Below are positions 61,327 through 64,000 of a DNA stretch of 64,000 bases, in pieces; the first letter of the stretch is position 1, and each line of letters opens with the position of its first letter. The position numbers were made by a program, and so were the translations under genes. The notes under the pieces are model-generated. The model worked only from the letters and a program-made list of their open reading frames with translations, did no database searches and was not told the origin of the DNA. The stretch is from Candidatus Thorarchaeota archaeon (GTDB lineage: Archaea > Asgardarchaeota > Thorarchaeia > Thorarchaeales > Thorarchaeaceae). Location: assembly GCA_019057475.1 (NCBI GenBank), contig DXJO01000020.1:64001-128000 (forward strand). Direction: 5' to 3'.

Positions 61327-61824
61327 ATGACCCGCTATGTCAAGGTTGCATTAATGGGGTCAGGGTATGCCGGCAAGTCCACCCTGATCAAACTTCTCAC
61401 AGACAACATGTCCGATCTAGATGCCAACTACAAGCCGACCTGTGGGATGGATTGCGGGACAATCACACTCGACAAGTTCACCAAGATATCGTTGGTTGAG
61501 ATGGGTGGTCAGACACACTTCGAGTTTATGTGGGCTGACTTGCTAAGGGGGAGCAAGATGGTGGTCGTTGTCACTGAGAGCACCCCCAAGGCAGTACTGA
61601 AGACGCGTCAAATACTGCAGAAATACAGGAAGGAGCTCGAAGGCATTCAGGTCATCGCAATTGCAAATAAGCAGGACCTTCCAGGCTCTATGAAGCCCCG
61701 CTCAGTTGAGGATTTGCTCGGAATTCCCACCTATGGCATGGTAGCTATTGATCCAAAGCAACAGCTACACGGCTACAAGCTGATAGTCAATGGACTACGT
61801 GATATGGCCCAAGTAGCAGCATAG
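61327..61824 (+). CDS. Arf/Rab-like small GTPase (Ras superfamily)
   Basis: G1 GSGYAGKS, G2 PT, G3 EMGGQ, G4 NKQD, G5 VAI; ATG 61327. Confidence 0.9.
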   Translation: MTRYVKVALMGSGYAGKSTLIKLLTDNMSDLDANYKPTCGMDCGTITLDKFTKISLVEMGGQTHFEFMWADLLRGSKMVVVVTESTPKAVLKTRQILQKYRKELEGIQVIAIANKQDLPGSMKPRSVEDLLGIPTYGMVAIDPKQQLHGYKLIVNGLRDMAQVAA

Positions 61825-62020
61825 CCACAGTTTCTTTGTTTATTGGGCAGGTTTTCAAGGCTTAATAGCAACGTTCTAGGACAATGCTTTTATACATACA
61901 CAAGTGTGGCAGTCTTACCCAGAGCATGGGCGAGTGAGCTGTCAGCCCTCTGGTAGGGTATTTCAGCGAGTCTGTCCGGGATCAGTGTCTTTTGGGTACA
62001 CTCCAAGGTCAGGTGAGATA

Positions 62021-62824
62021 ATGGAAATCACAATCATTAACAAACAGGATGATTCAATCCATTTCCTGGTTGAGGATGTAGATGTCGCATTCGCTAATGC
62101 AATCCGCAGGACAATGCTAACTAAGTTACCTGCTATGGCGATAGATGAAGTACTCATACTGGAAAATACCAGTGTTATGTACGATGAAATGATTGCTCAG
62201 CGTCTTGGTCTCATTCCTATAGTAACGGACCTAGACTCCTACAATCTTCCCCAAGACTGCGAATGTGAAGGAAAAGGCTGCAGCCTCTGCCAATGTACGC
62301 TCACACTAGAGGTGGAACCTGAAGATGAAGAGGTCGTTGTATACTCACGTAGCCTGACCTCACAAGATCCAAAGATAGTTCCTGCCTCTGGAAACATCCC
62401 AATTACCAAACTAGCACCCCATCAAAGACTGATTATAGAGGCCTACGCTCGACTTGGAACAGGAGCCGAGAATGCCAAGTTCCAACCCGTCGCAACGGTT
62501 GCATACAAGTATGTTCCAGTTATTAGCGTGGATAAATCGAAATGCAATCTTTGTGAAGAATGCGTAAAGATCTGTCCGAAGAATATCATGAAAGTTGATG
62601 GAAGCACTTTGTCGACTCAGAACACATTGGACTGCAGCTTGTGCGAGGCCTGTGTTGATGTCTGCGAGCCTGGAGCCATAACAATCGATTCCAAGAAGAA
62701 CGCCTTTCTCTTCAAAGTAGAATCTACCGGCTCTCTAAGCCCCGAAACCATTGTTTCGAAGACAGCAGAAATTCTGAAGACTAGAATCCAAGCAGCTCTT
62801 GATTACGCGAACTCTCTGAGGTGA
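62021..62824 (+). CDS. rpoD: RNA polymerase subunit D (Rpo3) with ferredoxin-like insert
   Basis: ANAIRR, NTSVMYDE.IA.RLGLIP; CNLCEECVKICP and CSLCEACVDVC. Confidence 0.96.
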   Translation: MEITIINKQDDSIHFLVEDVDVAFANAIRRTMLTKLPAMAIDEVLILENTSVMYDEMIAQRLGLIPIVTDLDSYNLPQDCECEGKGCSLCQCTLTLEVEPEDEEVVVYSRSLTSQDPKIVPASGNIPITKLAPHQRLIIEAYARLGTGAENAKFQPVATVAYKYVPVISVDKSKCNLCEECVKICPKNIMKVDGSTLSTQNTLDCSLCEACVDVCEPGAITIDSKKNAFLFKVESTGSLSPETIVSKTAEILKTRIQAALDYANSLR

Positions 62825-62831
62825 GCCCGAG

Positions 62832-63191
62832 ATGGTAAGAGGACCAACCGACCCCAATACACGCGCTCTAATCAATTCATTAAAGAAGACATCTACAAAA
62901 TATGATGTTAGAATATGGAGAAGAGTGGCCGAGCTTATAGCGCGCCCGGCTAGAAAACGTGCTACTGTGAATGTTGGCAAAATTGGCCGGCATACACGAG
63001 CTGGCGACATAGTCATTGTGCCAGGCAAAATCCTGGGATCAGGTATCATTCCACACAAAGTCACAGTCGCAGCAATGAATGCATCAACAACTGCTAGGTC
63101 GGCTATAGTGAATGCAGGTGGATCACTGATTACGATCCCGGAGCTGCTCAACCAATCCCCAAAGGGGACAGGAATTACGATTATCATATGA
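62832..63191 (+). CDS. rpl18e: Ribosomal protein L18e
   Basis: IW.RVA..RP.R.R..VNVGKI and VPGKILGSG. Confidence 0.95.
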   Translation: MVRGPTDPNTRALINSLKKTSTKYDVRIWRRVAELIARPARKRATVNVGKIGRHTRAGDIVIVPGKILGSGIIPHKVTVAAMNASTTARSAIVNAGGSLITIPELLNQSPKGTGITIII

Positions 63192-63201
63192 GGTGGTTTC
63201 A

Positions 63202-63654
63202 ATGACCGAACAGGCAGTGAAAGTTTACGATGCAGATAACATGGTGGTCGGCAGAATGGCATCAAAGGTTGCGAAGGCTGCCTTGCTAGGTGACCGAGTG
63301 GTCATACTGAACGCCGAGAAGGCCATCATAACGGGTGCCCGACGAACAGTCATTGAAGCTTACAAGGAGAAATTCAATATCAGGACCTCCTACAGCCCGA
63401 GAAGGGGTCCATTCCATCATCGACGTCCCGATAAGATGATACGACGGATTATACGTGGCATGCTTCCTTGGCCCACTCCCCGTGGAAAGGCAGCTTACAA
63501 ACGAGTCCACGTTTACATAGGTGTGCCCGAACAGTACGCCGAAACTGAGAAGATAGTCCTCGAAGGATCGCGCTACAACAGCTTGGTCCGGAGATATATC
63601 ACGGTCGGGGACCTTAGTCATGAACTTGGCTGGAGAAATCCAGAGGTGCGATGA
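63202..63654 (+). CDS. rpl13: Ribosomal protein L13
   Basis: DA...VGRMAS.VAK and GPFH.RRPD...RGMLP. Confidence 0.96.
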   Translation: MTEQAVKVYDADNMVVGRMASKVAKAALLGDRVVILNAEKAIITGARRTVIEAYKEKFNIRTSYSPRRGPFHHRRPDKMIRRIIRGMLPWPTPRGKAAYKRVHVYIGVPEQYAETEKIVLEGSRYNSLVRRYITVGDLSHELGWRNPEVR

Positions 63655-63655
63655 G

Positions 63656-64000
63656 ATGCGCGTAGTTGTTACCACCGGCAAAAGAAAGACGAGCCTAGCA
63701 AAGGCCACAATCAAGGATGGGCGTGGTAGAATCAGAATCAATGGACGGCCGCTAGAGATTCACCAGCCAGAGATTGCCCGGATGCGAATCACAGAACCGT
63801 TGATACTCTTTGGCGATGGATGGAAGAGATACGACATCAAGGTAAGGGTTCGAGGCGGTGGTTTCATGAGTCAGGCTGATGCTATCAGAATGGCCATCGC
63901 CAATGGACTGATTCGCATGAGCCAGAATTTCGAGGCACGCTCAAAGATGCAAGAACATGATAGGACAATGCTGGTCGGTGATCCTCGACGTACTGAACCG
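63656..64000 (+). CDS. rps9: Ribosomal protein S9, 3' truncated by the window edge (absent from the ORF track)
   Basis: MRVVVTTGKRKTSLAKA...GRIRING...GGGFMSQADAIR...DRTMLVGDPRRTEP. Confidence 0.95.
   Translation, partial: MRVVVTTGKRKTSLAKATIKDGRGRIRINGRPLEIHQPEIARMRITEPLILFGDGWKRYDIKVRVRGGGFMSQADAIRMAIANGLIRMSQNFEARSKMQEHDRTMLVGDPRRTEP

Noticed and set aside
61932-61940. GAGTGAGCT in the rpoD leader as another partner or target of the TnpB RNA
   Set aside because: Only 9 nt long; a match of this length can occur by chance in 64 kb.

Overview
Archaeal chromosomal segment of about 48% GC (estimated by eye), most likely an Asgard archaeon of the Thorarchaeota type. That assignment is inferred from the single-chain RpoB with split RpoA'/A'', GatDE, an LRR protein, HEAT proteins and an Arf/Rab-like small GTPase. 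Most of the window is core genes: PAN/MBF1/TFE, gatDE, pgk, rpiA, the rpoB-rpoA'-rpoA''-L30e-nusA-S12-S7 cluster, EF-1A, aIF5B, L7Ae/S28e/L24e, rpoD-L18e-L13-S9, SRP RNA and ten intact tRNAs, six with 37/38 introns. The standout is a candidate RNA-guided system. A stand-alone 561-aa TnpB-family nuclease (9720-11405) has the rearranged, Fanzor-like RuvC catalytic site and is followed by a structured RNA (~11376-11586). A second, protein-less copy of that RNA with compensatory stem changes lies 24 kb away (~35206-35407). A short segment upstream of tnpB, behind its own TATA-like box (~9637-9700), is complementary to a motif conserved in both RNA copies. The orphan RNA abuts a displaced 3' half of tRNA-Tyr that lacks the anticodon intron but carries a BHB intron in the T-loop, which suggests an integration scar with a different intron position. 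Other leads include an ExeA-like AAA+/RHH pair, a membrane-anchored Gly/Pro-rich protein, a phosphoesterase-coupled ECF transporter, an SRP RNA with a URRC tetraloop and an inverted ndk. No CRISPR array or transposase was seen.
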